The notes beneath the pieces were generated by a model. It saw only the letters and a list, made by a program, of their open reading frames with translations, ran no database searches and had not been told where the DNA came from. DNA of 63,646 nt, filler included, from Octopus bimaculoides (Eukaryota): the NCBI RefSeq assembly GCF_001194135.2. It is 4 parts of 3 records of this genome, joined end to end, with 100 filler letters (N's around TTAATTAATTAA, not from the genome) between each part and the next. Parts side by side here need not be neighbours in the genome. Positions count along the whole stretch, not along the records: positions 1 to 28,549 come from NC_068985.1; 3 more parts are not named here. One strand, 5' to 3'. A program made the translations under genes and the position numbers. The number at the start of each line of letters is the position of its first letter. Position 1 is the stretch's first letter. This document shows positions 14,023 to 27,100 of the stretch, piece after piece.

Positions 14023-14243
14023 TTTGAGTGTAGTCGGACGTGATAAGACCTATCGCTGTAGAAATGGTTCCACCTCGACTTGTGTGAATGCACATTTTGC
14101 TTTGAGCTCTGAGTGGCGTCATTAGATCTTAGAACACATTTGTTTTCGCATCGTGAATCTATTTTGTCAACTGTCAAAACTAACTCAGTCACTCGGGACT
14201 ATTTCTGGAGCAATAGGTCTTATCACACCCGATTTCACTCGAA
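14023..14243. mobile_element. Old MITE-like element with 49-bp imperfect terminal inverted repeats
   Basis: 14023-14071 vs reverse complement of 14195-14243 match at 39 of 49 positions, with a shared GTGATAAGACCTAT core. Confidence 0.65.
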
Positions 14244-15563
14244 TATCTTAAAAAGGAATTTATACGAATATATATATATTTTATCTAACTCTTCTTCTTG
14301 CGACATTATAATTTTTTTTTTAATGTATAAATTATTGTTACAAAGTTAAAATCTTTGTCCTTCTCTTAACACAGCATTCTGCCTATGGCGAAACTGATGA
14401 CCTTCAATAGCTAAGGGAAAGACAAATTTTTTTATGTTACAGAAAAAAATTGATAATATTCACCACCTATTACATTATATTACACTATATTCACCACTTA
14501 TTACAGAATACTTTCCTCAAACAGAAACGATGTTATTTCAAACGGCTTTTCCGAATTCTTTCTAATGTACTTTAAAACAGACACTTGCTCAAGAGGCCAC
14601 GCTGATAAATAGATAGATAGATAGATAGATGGATAGATAGATAGATAGATAGATAGATGGATGGATGGCAAGAAAGTAGGAGGAAGGGATTTGGATGGAT
14701 GGATGGCAAGAAAGTAGGAGGAAGGGATTTGGATGGATGGATGGATGGATGGAACGATTTGGTTGAACGAACACTGAACAATTTGGTTGGGAAGCAAGCG
14801 TCTTATAACACAGCCACTCCTGTGCATATNNNNNNNNNNNNNNNNNNNNNNNNNNNNNNNNNNNNNNNNNNNNNNNNNNNNNNNNNNNNNNNNNNNNNNN
14901 NNNNNNNNNNNNNNNNNNNNNNNNNNNNNNNNNNNNNNNNNNNNNNNNNNNNNNNNNNNNNNNNNNNNNNNNNNNNNNNNNNNNNNNNNNNNNNNNNNNN
15001 NNNNNNNNNNNNNNNNNNNNNNNNNNNNNNNNNNNNNNNNNNNNNNNNNNNNNNNNNNNNNNNNNNNNNNNNNNNNNNNNNNNNNNNNNNNNNNNNNNNN
15101 NNNNNNNNNNNNNNNNNNNNNNNNNNNNNNNNNNNNNNNNNNNNNNNNNNNNNNNNNNNNNNNNNNNNNNNNNNNNNNNNNNNNNNNNNNNNNNNNNNNN
15201 NNNNNNNNNNNNNNNNNNNNNNNNNNNNNNNNNNNNNNNNNNNNNNNNNNNNNNNNNNNNNNNNNNNNNNNNNNNNNNNNNNNNNNNNNNNNNNNNNNNN
15301 NNNNNNNNNNNNNNNNNNNNNNNNNNNNNNNNNNNNNNNNNNNNNNNNNNNNNNNNNNNNNNNNNNNNNNNNNNNNNNNNNNNNNNNNNNNNNNNNNNNN
15401 NNNNNNNNNNNNNNNNNNNNNNNNNNNNNNNNNNNNNNNNNNNNNNNNNNNNNNNNNNNNNNNNNNNNNNNNNNNNNNNNNNNNNNNNNNNNNNNNNNNN
15501 NNNNNNNNNNNNNNNNNNNNNNNNNNNNNNNNNNNNNNNNNNNNNNNNNNNNNNNNNNNNNNN

Positions 15564-15597
<34 letters not shown>

Positions 15598-16104
15598 GTA
15601 GAGTGAGAGGGGGGAGAAAGTAAATGAGGAAGAGTGACTATGTGTATATGTAAATGTATGCTTGTATACATACATACGCGCGCGCGTATGGTTTGTTGTT
15701 TCCTGTTTCCGACTCATTTAATTCATAGAACAGGCAGCTGCTTGCTATTTTCTACAAAACTTTCCAACTTACAACCGCATCTCCGTCCATTATTAATCAC
15801 TGCCAGGTTCTTTGAACATTCAGGTATATACATTTCACGACTGGTTTTCACACAATTGGCTATTGATCGGCGTTCTGTCTCTGTATATTGTTGCATCATT
15901 GGCAAAGTAGCTCTCTTACAAGCTATTATGATGACCTGTTCGCTTATATTGCAAATTATCTACAAAACCGTACTACATTATTACCAATCGTATGTCATTA
16001 TCCGACTTTTCAGAGATTACTTTTATCGATCGATCGATCGTTCGATCCATCCATCCATCCATCCATCCATCCATCCATCCAAATCTCTTCCTCCTACTTT
16101 CCTA

Positions 16105-16175
<71 letters not shown>

Positions 16176-16574
16176 GCTGGCTGGCTGTCTGTCTGTCTGT
16201 TTATGTATCTGTTCACACTCACACACACATATACATATATATAGAAAGTGTTAACATAATAAAGTAAATAATGCGAAACGAGAAAGCATTGCCTGTGCTG
16301 AGAGATGTGAAAAAGAAGCAGTCTTATAGAGACGAATTAGATAAATAGTTACGTGTGAGATTGACTGAGTGCGAGATAGAAAAAGAAATGGACAGTAACC
16401 AGCCAGCATATGAGACAGGAAGTAAGACGAGAGGGTAGTTAACTATAGTGATAGACTCAATAAAGAGTGAAAGAGGAAACTATACCATCAGACAGGGTGC
16501 AGAAGAAAAATGAAGCTTTACAATAGAGAGGAAGGAGTTAGGGAGGAAAGGTCATAAAACTGTGAGTGAATAAG

Positions 16575-16605
<31 letters not shown>

Positions 16606-16839
16606 GGGAGAAAGAGAGAGAGTGAGAGAGAGAGAGAGGGGGGCGAGAGGAACAGACCAAGAAATTTAACATTCATGATATCAAAGCGCGTGCGTATGTG
16701 TGCAGGAGGAAGGAGAAAGATGGAAGCGGAGATAGATTTTAACGAGAAGAAAAAAAAAATTCAAAGGGAACTACATACATACTGATCTATCTATTTGTCT
16801 CTCTCTCTCTCTCTCTATATATATACATATATTTGTATA

Positions 16840-16895
<56 letters not shown>

Positions 16896-17771
16896 ATATG
16901 GTATAATTATAAATAGGGCTAATTTTAGCCATTTTTTGCAGACTGAAAAAAACGATTTTCGAGCTTTATTGGGTTCTCATCAGAGGCGTCCATATTATTC
17001 TGACAGTCTCCAGAGAAACGATCAACCAAACTGTTTATATATTCAACAAATGCAACAGTTACTCTATGAAGGGGTTCCTAATTTGCATACCGAAAGTGTT
17101 TAACTCTCTAGAAATACCAGCGATATATGTGTGTACACACTATATGTATATATACAGACATGCATACACACATACCAGCATAATACACACATGCATACAT
17201 GCATGTAAGCAGACAGACAAACAAACATACAAATAGAGACAAATAAAAGAAATGCTAAAGTATGTAAATCAGTGAGAATTGGGAAGGTGTGCGAATGAGA
17301 GCGAAAATGTAAAGAAGTGAAGTGATGGTTTTTAAATCTAGAACAGTTAAATGAAGTCAATGTGACGAAGTTCTTGATCACAGAGTAACTGCAAGACTTT
17401 GAATTGTAGAAATATCATGAAGATTATCACAAGAAATTAATTGTCGATGCAAAATAGGAAACAGAATAGTTGTAAAGCGACAAGAAACAAGTCAGATTCT
17501 AGGCAAAAAGAATACGAATAACTTAAAAGAGAGAAATAACAGAAAATGAAGCGATCAAAGGGCAGAAATAAGCCGTCTTGGCACCATTTCTGTCTTCTTT
17601 GTTTCACCAACCAAGCTTGGGCAGATCCGAGGTTATCGTAGAAAACACACGCTCACATACACACGCGCGCACGCAAAGCACTTGATGAATGTGTTAGGTA
17701 GCGAAATCGGGCTTCTTAATCATTTGGTCACGTCTGTGTTCGTGACACTACCTGTACTTACATTGACATAT

Positions 17772-17813
<42 letters not shown>

Positions 17814-19160
17814 GTAACTTTCTCTTATGTAGACATGTATTTATGCTACATTTGGCATAATGAAACCTTTACGAAGATAAATAAAGGATTAATACTATAG
17901 AATTGATTTACAATGAGCTGTCACATTTTTGGCGCCAATTATAAAGTTATTGCGCGTGTATGGTCATACACATATATAAAGACTTCTTATCTATCACTGT
18001 TTTTTTTTATCTCTTATAACAACTCTTTTAACATACTTTCTTGCAATCTTTCGGAGAAAGTACATGAGAAATGAAAGCATTTGTTCGGCAATTTGCGTAA
18101 TTTTTTTTTCGTTTTTCTGTTAAATCGTTTAATTAATTTTTTGCGTATATCTGTGTTTATGTGTGTGTATGTATGCATAGTTGTGTATGTATGCATAGTT
18201 GTGTATGTATGCATAGTTGTGTATGTATATGTGTTTGTGTATATGTATGTATATTTATTTCTTTATTTTCTTTTCCGGCTGAATCGCTGCTTATGTATGT
18301 TTTGTGTATGTATGTATGTATGTATGTATGTATGTATGTATGTGTTTATGTATGTGTATATATATATATATCTGTGTAGGTATACATACGTGTTTATGTG
18401 CATGTATGGATACATACACATGCACATACAAACGTACATATACATACATACGCAAGTATACATACATACACACGTAAACAAATAATATATACGCAAAAAG
18501 ATACATAAATACAAGTGATTCAATTGAAAAAAAAAACATTTTTTAATAAAAGAAATTTTACGGAAATTGCCGAACAAGTACTTTCACTTATCAAATGCTT
18601 TTTCCATAAGATTACCCACCTTCTCCATATGTTATTCTCATTAAGCAGAATTTCTTTCTCTCACACGTTCCTCTCCTATCTTAATTTTCTCACCCTGCTT
18701 TCTCGTAAGTACACACAAACTATTTCTCTCTTTGCACTCTTCTCCGTATTTCTCACATTCACACACGCTTTATCTGTCTCTCCCACACACGCACGCTGCT
18801 CACACACAGATATTCTCACTATTTCAGTTTTGCCCTCTTATTCAAAACCAATGTATTTTGCATATTAATTTCTTGATTCTAAACTCAGGGTCCGATGTAC
18901 CTAGGGAAAGCTTGAAATAAAATTCTTAACTACCCTGCACGCTGATCACAATGACTCTCTATTTGTGCCGCCACCAGAAAGTGCCTACGCGGCCGCTCGA
19001 CTTGCTAATATAACAGCCAAATACAACTCAACCAGGCCTGTCGCCAGACTTTGATGCCTGGGCGTGCTTCACAATATTCTGGGTGGGCACTAATTTGTAA
19101 TAATGTTAAAGTGGAGTTTCGAAATAAGTTCATCACTGTAAATCTGAGTGTGCACTATCG

Positions 19161-19324
19161 CAGTGCTCCGCAACCCTTTTTCACTTGCGGTAGACTTATA
19201 TTCTTCTCAAAATTCGGCGGCACACCTGAACTAAAAATATAACTAAAAGTATAGGGGAAAAAATTATATTCAGGTTACCCTGCGGCACACCAGTGTGCTG
19301 CAGCATACTGGCTGCGGAGTATTG
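19161..19324. mobile_element. hAT-type non-autonomous element (164 bp)
   Basis: Ends CAGTGCTCCGCAACC / GGCTGCGGAGTATTG are imperfect TIRs. 8-bp flanks CACTATCG / TACTATTG match 6 of 8, consistent with a decayed 8-bp TSD. Confidence 0.65.
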
Positions 19325-20135
19325 TACTATTGAATAGTGAGGGGACAGCGCCATCCAGTGTACTCCCTTAGCAACGGGCATGACCTCAACTCGTACTCAA
19401 ACGTCTTAAACAACGAAGGACACATTCAATAACATAGACTCAGGATATCCCAGCATGATGTACATTGAAAGAATCCTTTTGATTCCGGGTCTACTCGGCA
19501 AATGTTGATCTAGGACTATGTAACTACAAAACAACAATATTCTTATTTCACATAAAATAAGTGTACAGGGGTCTTCATCGTAACTCGTCAGAAATATTCT
19601 GCGAAATTTCCTAACGCTATTTTCAGTCTTTCAAGATGTTCTTTTAGTTTTTGCTAACAACAATCCTAGACTCCTAAACAATTTCCTCTTTGAAGGAATT
19701 GAGAAATTATGGAAATGTTTATATTAGGCACAAAAAAATTATATATGAGAGAGAGAGAGAGAAGGAGAGAGAAGGAGAGAGAGAGAGAGATGGAAACGAA
19801 GACAGATTTTGACAAGAAGAAAAAAATGAAAGGGAACTGTCTCCGTTTCCATATTTCTCCCCACTCTTTCTTCTCTCACTCTCACTCTTCTATACATTTT
19901 ATTTTGTGCCTAATATATATATAGAGAGAAAGGCATACGCATTGTCTTGTTTTGGTATTCTAAAACAGAGATGTTCATCAATGGGTGATTACTGTCACTA
20001 ACGTTGATAATATTGTAATGAAAGTTCAGAACAAGAAGGGATGCTTTCGTGAGGGTATTCTATCACTGGTGGAAAGAAGTCCAGTTTCAAAACAGAGGAC
20101 ACCGCTAAAGAGATATCTATCTATCTATCTATCTG

Positions 20136-20206
<71 letters not shown>

Positions 20207-20419
20207 GTCTGTCTGTCTGTCTGTATGTATGTATGTATGTATGTACGTATGTATGTATGTATGTATGTATGTATGTATGTATGTATGTATGTATGTATGT
20301 ATATACAGGGGTGGGGGTCACCAGAAAGTTCCTGACCCTCATGTATTTTCTTTTACTCAAAGCAAGGAAATTTTCAGCACTCAACCCACTCGTGTGTGTG
20401 TGTGTGTGCGCCCTTATAT

Positions 20420-21028
20420 TCTTTTCATCTGTTTCAGTCATTTGACTGCAGCCATGCTGGAGCACCGCCTTTAGTCGAACAAACCAGCCAAGACTTATTC
20501 CTTGTAAGCTTAGTACTTATCTTATCGGTCTCTTTTGCTGAACCGCTAAGTTACGGGGACGTAAACANNNNNNNNNNNNNNNNNNNNNNNNNNNNNNNNN
20601 NNNNNNNNNNNNNNNNNNNNNNNNNNNNNNNNNNNNNNNNNNNNNNNNNNNNNNNNNNNNNNNNNNNNNNNNNNNNNNNNNNNNNNNNNNNNNNNNNNNN
20701 NNNNNNNNNNNNNNNNNNNNNNNNNNNNNNNNNNNNNNNNNNNNNNNNNNNNNNNNNNNNNNNNNNNNNNNNNNNNNNNNNNNNNNNNNNNNNNNNNNNN
20801 NNNNNNNNNNNNNNNNNNNNNNNNNNNNNNNNNNNNNNNNNNNNNNNNNNNNNNNNNNATATATATACATACGACGGGCTTCTTTCAGTTTCCGTCTACA
20901 AAATCCATTCACAAGACTTTGCTCAGCCCGAGGCTATAGTGGAAGACACTTACCCAAGGTGCCACGCAGTGGGACTGAACCCAGAACCATGTGGTTGATA
21001 AGCAAGCTACTCACCACACAGCCATGCC
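20420..21028 (-). mobile_element. SINE family A, full form: tRNA-like head (20871-21028), internal microsatellite/gap, conserved tail (20420-20567)
   Basis: Head GGCATGGCTGTGTGG (A box)...GGTTCAGTCCC (B box). Tail GACTAAAGGCGGTGCTCCAGCATGGCTGCAGTCAAATGACTGAAAC is shared with other copies. Confidence 0.8.
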
Positions 21029-22140
21029 TATACCTGTATATATATGTATATATGCACATACATACACACAAAGACACGCACACATACACACGAACACATA
21101 CACGCATGTCAGAAATTATAATAAACACTAGTTTATATAAATCGTTCCCGATATACGTTTCACCGTTGTGGTTGTTTGGAAACTTTGCATTTCTGCATTG
21201 AATATTTCAAGTGCAATCGTAACTTTCAACACGGCCGTAGCAGCCATGCACGTAACTGAACAGATAAGATATACTAGACTAAACTAAACTACATACATAC
21301 ATTTGTAATATGTATATATTTAGTCATATAAATGCAAATATATATATACACACCTATGTTCATAAAATATATATACACACATACATATATATCTGTGTGT
21401 GTATAAATCTATTACATATATTTATATATGTGGATATATAAATATATATATATACCCAAATATAATATACTATATATTTATACATACATATATATATATA
21501 TGTACTTGTGTGTGTGTGTGTATATATATATATATGTATGTATATATGTATATATGTATATATGTATCTATGTATGTATGAATGTATACACATAGATACA
21601 TACATACATACATACATACAAATATATATANNNNNNNNNNNNNNNNNNNNNNNNNNNNNNNNNNNNNNNNATATATATATATATGCGTATATGTGTGTTT
21701 ATGCTGTATTTCTGTAATATGCGATTAGAATATTTTCCCACATTCTCATATGTAGTTTGTGGTCAAGTGTAAATAATAATCTTTTCCGTGTAAAAATCGA
21801 TATTGAAATATTCGAAAATTGGTGCCGGTGTATATGTGATCTACATAAATGTTTCTGGTATAGCTTGTGATCTACATTAATTCAAATGGCATAGTTTGTG
21901 ATCTACACCGACTTCTTGATCTACATTTAAAATTCATCTATCTGTTCGAAATGCAAGCATTTCAACCTCATTAAGATTTCATTTGTTGGGAGATTTTAAG
22001 ACCAAATGAGTAAAATTTCTTTATTGCATTTTTAAATGATATCCGTGTTGTATACAAATAGTCATAGTATTCATAGTACTCTCGTAATCTGTTTGCATCA
22101 CCATAATTAAATATATGTGTGTGTGTACCAGTATTATTGG

Positions 22141-22348
22141 TTTCAAATTTGGTACAAGGCCTGCAATTTTAGGGTAGGAGTAAGTCTATTGCATTGACCT
22201 CAGTGTTCAATTGCTACTTATTTTATCGAGTCCGAAAGGACGAAATGCAAAATCGACCTCGGCAGAATTTGAACTCAGAACATAAGGACGGACGAAAGCC
22301 GCTAAGCATTTCCCCCGGCGTGCTAACGGCTCTGCCTGCTTGCCGCCT
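22141..22348 (-). mobile_element. SINE family B, near full length
   Basis: tRNA-like head (GGCAGAGCCG...GAGTTCAAATTC) plus the family-B core. Confidence 0.75.
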
Positions 22349-22389
22349 TAAAGGGAACCACATTATTATATGCCTGTTATGGTGTATGT

Positions 22390-22625
22390 GTGTGTGTGTG
22401 TCATTGTGTTTATGTTTGTGTTTGCCACCACCACCACCCACCACTACAGCTTGCCAACTTGTATTGGATTGCTTACACTGTTGTAATCCAGCAATTCCGC
22501 AAAAGAGAATCGATAGAATAAGTACCAGGCTTTAAAATAAAACTGTACTGGTGGTCGATAGGATCGACTAAAAAAAAAACGTCTCGAGCAAGGCCGCAGT
22601 CCAATGACTAAAAAGCAAAAGATAA
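22390..22625 (+). mobile_element. SINE family A tail, degenerate
   Basis: GATAGAATAAGTACCAGGC...GGTCGAT...TCGACTAAA...GGCCGCAGTCCAATGACT. Confidence 0.6.
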
Positions 22626-24134
22626 AAGGCATATATCTTACGTTTGTAAAGTTGTCAAGCATTTCCTGCTACTATGATGGTCATAACATATATAGCTATT
22701 CATTATGAAACATTTCTAACATGTGAGTTCTTGAACTGAACTATGAACTTTTAAATATTTTGATATCGACTTTTGTAAAGAAAACATTTAGCAAATACGG
22801 TCAGCGCTGAACCAGCAACGGCTGAGGAGAATTCGGAGTTGATGTTTAGAAATACCATACTATGGAATGTACGGTTTATGACATATTGCTCACACACGCA
22901 CGCACGCACACACACACACACACACACACTCACACACACACACACACATACACATCAGTGTGTGTATATACATACATGCGTATACATACATACAGAGAGA
23001 GAGAGAGAGAGACAAACAGAGAGAAAGAGAGAGACAGACAAACAGAAATTAATTTTTGCAAGGAAAATAATAACATGCCTTCGAAGTTTCAGCTAGCCGC
23101 CTGTCATCTAGAAGCTACTTATGTATTTAGTTTATTGTCATTCTTCAGGTTAATGTCAGATTGTTTTTATATATAAATTCTCGTTACAACAAACCTATAT
23201 ANNNNNNNNNNNNNNNNNNNNNNNNNNNNNNNNNNNNNNNNNNNNNNNNNNNNNNNNNNNNNNNNNNNNNNNNNNNNNNNNNNNNNNNNNNNNNNNNNNN
23301 NNNNNNNNNNNNNNNNNNNNNNNNNNNNNNNNNNNNNNNNNNNNNNNNNNNNNNNNNNNNNNNNNNNNNNNNNNNNNNNNNNNNNNNNNNNNNNNNNNNN
23401 NNNNNNNNNNNNNNNNNNNNNNNNNNNNNNNNNNNNNNNNNNNNNNNNNNNNNNNNNNNNNNNNNNNNNNNNNNNNNNNNNNNNNNNNNNNNNNNNNNNN
23501 NNNNNNNNNNNNNNNNNNNNNNNNNNNNNNNNNNNNNNNNNNNNNNNNNNNNNNNNNNNNNNNNNNNNNNNNNNNNNNNNNNNNNNNNNNNNNNNNNNNN
23601 NNNNNNNNNNNNNNNNNNNNNNNNNNNNNNNNNNNNNNNNNNNNNNNNNNNNNNNNNNNNNNNNNNNNNNNNNNNNNNNNNNNNNNNNNNNNNNNNNNNN
23701 NNNNNNNNNNNNNNNNNNNNNNNNNNNNNNNNNNNNNNNNNNNNNNNNNNNNNNNNNNNNNNNNNNNNNNNNNNNNNNNNNNNNNNNNNNNNNNNNNNNN
23801 NNNNNNNNNNNNNNNNNNNNNNNNNNNNNNNNNNNNNNNNNNNNNNNNNNNNNNNNNNNNNNNNNNNNNNNNNNNNNNNNNNNNNNNNNNNNNNNNNNNN
23901 TATATATATATATATATATATTGTTGTACTTGGGGATGGTTATATTGCCAGTTTAGCCAATAAAAACACACGCACTGTATATTTGGTGTTAATTTGCTTC
24001 AGCTTTATATTACATTAGTCTTAATATATATACGTATGTATGTATGTTATGTATGTATGTATGGTTTTATTCATAAACTGGTACATATACATATGCGTGC
24101 ATATATATATGCATATTGAAATAGAATAACGTGT

Positions 24135-24143
24135 ACTTACGTT
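24135..24143 (-). promoter_or_regulatory. Consensus 5' splice site 3 nt after the stop codon (3'UTR intron)
   Basis: Minus strand: CTT TAA AAC|GTAAGTAC, followed by intron-like AT-rich and microsatellite sequence. Confidence 0.5.
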
Positions 24144-27100
24144 TTAAAGAGGAAGAACCAATATGCTGGAATCTTTCTGTGTCATAATAATTGTGTTTTG
24201 TCGAAGTGTTATAGCCAGTGGACCTTTGATTCCATCCTTGGCAGTGAATAATTCACAATCAAGTTTACCATCTTTAGTTAGTCGATATATTTTATTTGTT
24301 TCAGTATCAGCAATGTATATGTATCCATCTGGGCTATATTCTATATCACGCGGTGTTATGAATTTATTACTTTGAATCGGTCTAAATTCGAAGTTAATTT
24401 CGCCTTCTTTGGGTATACCAAGTAGGTATGTGCCACAACTGTCGGATACGTAAATCACATCGTTGTCACCGATTGTAATGTACTGTGGGAAGATGAAAAA
24501 ATCGAGTCCCACTTTGTTGTATTGGAGAGTGCGCAAAGGTTGTCCTGTATTCGAGAGAAGATCTATGCCTAGAATGCACGAACAGACCAGGTTTTGATCC
24601 CGTGTCACAGCAATACCCCAGTAACACTGTTCGGTTGAGACTAAACCGACAACGACAAGTCGAGCGCCATGAGACAAAAATGCTAGTTGCCTAGCATTGG
24701 GGATAGTGCAAGCCACCACATTTGCATCCATCAAAGCCAAACTCCATGGGCCAGATTTAAATGTTACTCGATCGCCAGGAAGGCCAACGGTCGAGAACAT
24801 TTGAACACAGCAATTGCTCCAGTCGCTAACGATATATTGTCCATTATCATTGCATTTTATGTCTGCAAGCCAGCTACGGAAATGTTGGTCAGCTTGGAAA
24901 GGACCTCCAGCATAAAGTGTTCCTTTTTTATGGGTGGTATGTAAATAATCCAACTCGCCTTCAACAAAGGTGCCAACACTCGTATCACGTTTCTTATTCC
25001 TTTTAACTGTCTCAATCGATGGTAATTTGGGTGGAGATTCTTTTGGTGCCATCCCTATTTGAACTTGACTATTTTCCGCTGAACTTTCTTCTTTGATTTC
25101 CACATGTCGATTACGCTTGCTTTTAGAATCATTGTCCAATTTTAAAGCACCTTTTAATATTTTCCCGGCTTTATTTGATACAAGGGTTGCTTTATCTCGT
25201 GTAGGGCGTTCTGGAAGTGGAGATGATGATATTTCTGACGTCACATAGCGATCTGTATTTGCCTGCCATTCCTTCGTGCTATTACCTTCGTCTAAATCCA
25301 CTGATGATGTTGCCTGGTCGGAATAGATGTCAAAGTCAAATCTCTTGGCTACAGAGCTAAGTGTGCCATATGAATCATCTGTATTGGATATATCCGTAGC
25401 TTCACTGGTTTCACTTAAAGACGTATTGAGATTATCTGCAGTTGATAACTGTTCCTTAATATCAATTTCCCATTCTGTCATTTCAGATTCAGGACTCATT
25501 GGAGCAACTCGGCTTGATATTGGAGAAGCATTGATTTGGGATCTGTTTTGGTGTTCAATGACGGGTTTCTCTACTTCTTCAAGAGAATTTGAAGTTTTCT
25601 TCAATGACACACTTCTTGCAGGGCTGATGTCCCCATTCATTTGCCGAAATTTCCTTTCATGGGCATAGGACTGCAAATCGGGATCAGATTTCTGATTTTC
25701 ATTCTGGTCAGTTGATCGACGAAATTTCCCTTTCTTTGGAGATTTGATTTTTGAATTATTATTTTCTCTCGGGGATATGACTTGATCACTCTGGTCATAA
25801 TCATCGTCGTTAACCTTTACTTTTGAACTGGTGTTGCGGGTTTCTGTAGAATAACTTTGGTGTATATTTCCCACTTTTGTTCGTTTTCTGTTTCTAGGGT
25901 TCAATTCGGTTTCATATTGGTCACTATCATCTGACTTGTCGGTTTCAGGTTTCGGATATTTAAATCCATACTCGGAACTGATGTTATGAGAGTTGTATCG
26001 AAAAGACTTTGAATCTGACTCATGTTTTCGTTGCTGCCAGGCACTAGGACTTTGGAGAATTCTTGGGCTAGGACTGAAGAATCCACTGTCATTTCCTGGG
26101 GTTTGAACTGTTTGCTCATCCTCTGTCGGACTTGGTATTTCTTGGTGGTCTTGATACTGGTACTGTTGGCTGCGACGATCATTTTTCAAGTTTATTTTTT
26201 GCAGATGTGGGCAATATGTTTTAGTGTCAGTTGAATTTAAAGGATGCACTCTAGATTCCTTAGAATGACTGTTTGTCTGAATAGGTGTTGATGAATTTTG
26301 AAGTGATATAGTTTCTGTTAAGGAAATTTGGCTCGAGTCGTTTTTTTTACAGTTTAGTTTCATAGGAGGTGGTGTATCAGCTTTGCTGTATGAAATTCTG
26401 TGCTCTGTGCTCGATAATTTTCTTTTGGATCCATAACTTGGAACCCAATATTTTAGAGTTTCTTCAATTAAATTTGCTATGGTAGCTTTTAAAGATTCGA
26501 TCTCTTCTTCCAAACGTTCTCTAGAATACAATTCATCTTCTCCGCATTTAAGCACTTCCTCAAACTTGGAGTCCATTTTATTCTGGAGCAATTCTCCAAC
26601 ACCTTCGCCGAGGAGCGATTCATCTTGGTATCTTGCAAAAGAATTCCGATGACAAGAAACATTAGAATTAAATCGTGTATTATTATTGGCATGTTTCACT
26701 TTATGGTAAGATTTACATAACCAAGGATTCGAATATTCCGGTGAGTGGCATACGTGGTTCGGAATATACCGAGATTGACTATAGCATATGTGATTGTTGG
26801 TATTGTTTCGGTGGTTTTCTGTAGTTTCATCCAGAATTTTTGCTGATTTCCTTTGACAATATCCATTTGATGTTCTGTGTTTATATTTAACGTTTTTTCC
26901 TGTGTGATTAGATTGAAAAAAACTGTCATTACCTTCAAAGCTCTTGTTGTCGCTTGGTTGGTCACTCTTTTCACTGTATCTATTTGTTAGCAATGAATTG
27001 TCTTCCAGTGAGGTGGACAATTGTTCAACATCTGATGAAGCTGGTGAGGAGGTTTCGGCGCGAGTACTGTCACAAGATGGTGGTTTATTGGAAACGGAGT

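Noticed and set aside
22225-22245. GAGTCCGAAAGGACGAAA, mimicking a classic hammerhead stem II
   Set aside because: It is preceded by TTATCGA rather than CTGANGA, and is a mutated SINE family B core (consensus CGACCCCGAAAGGATGAAA).
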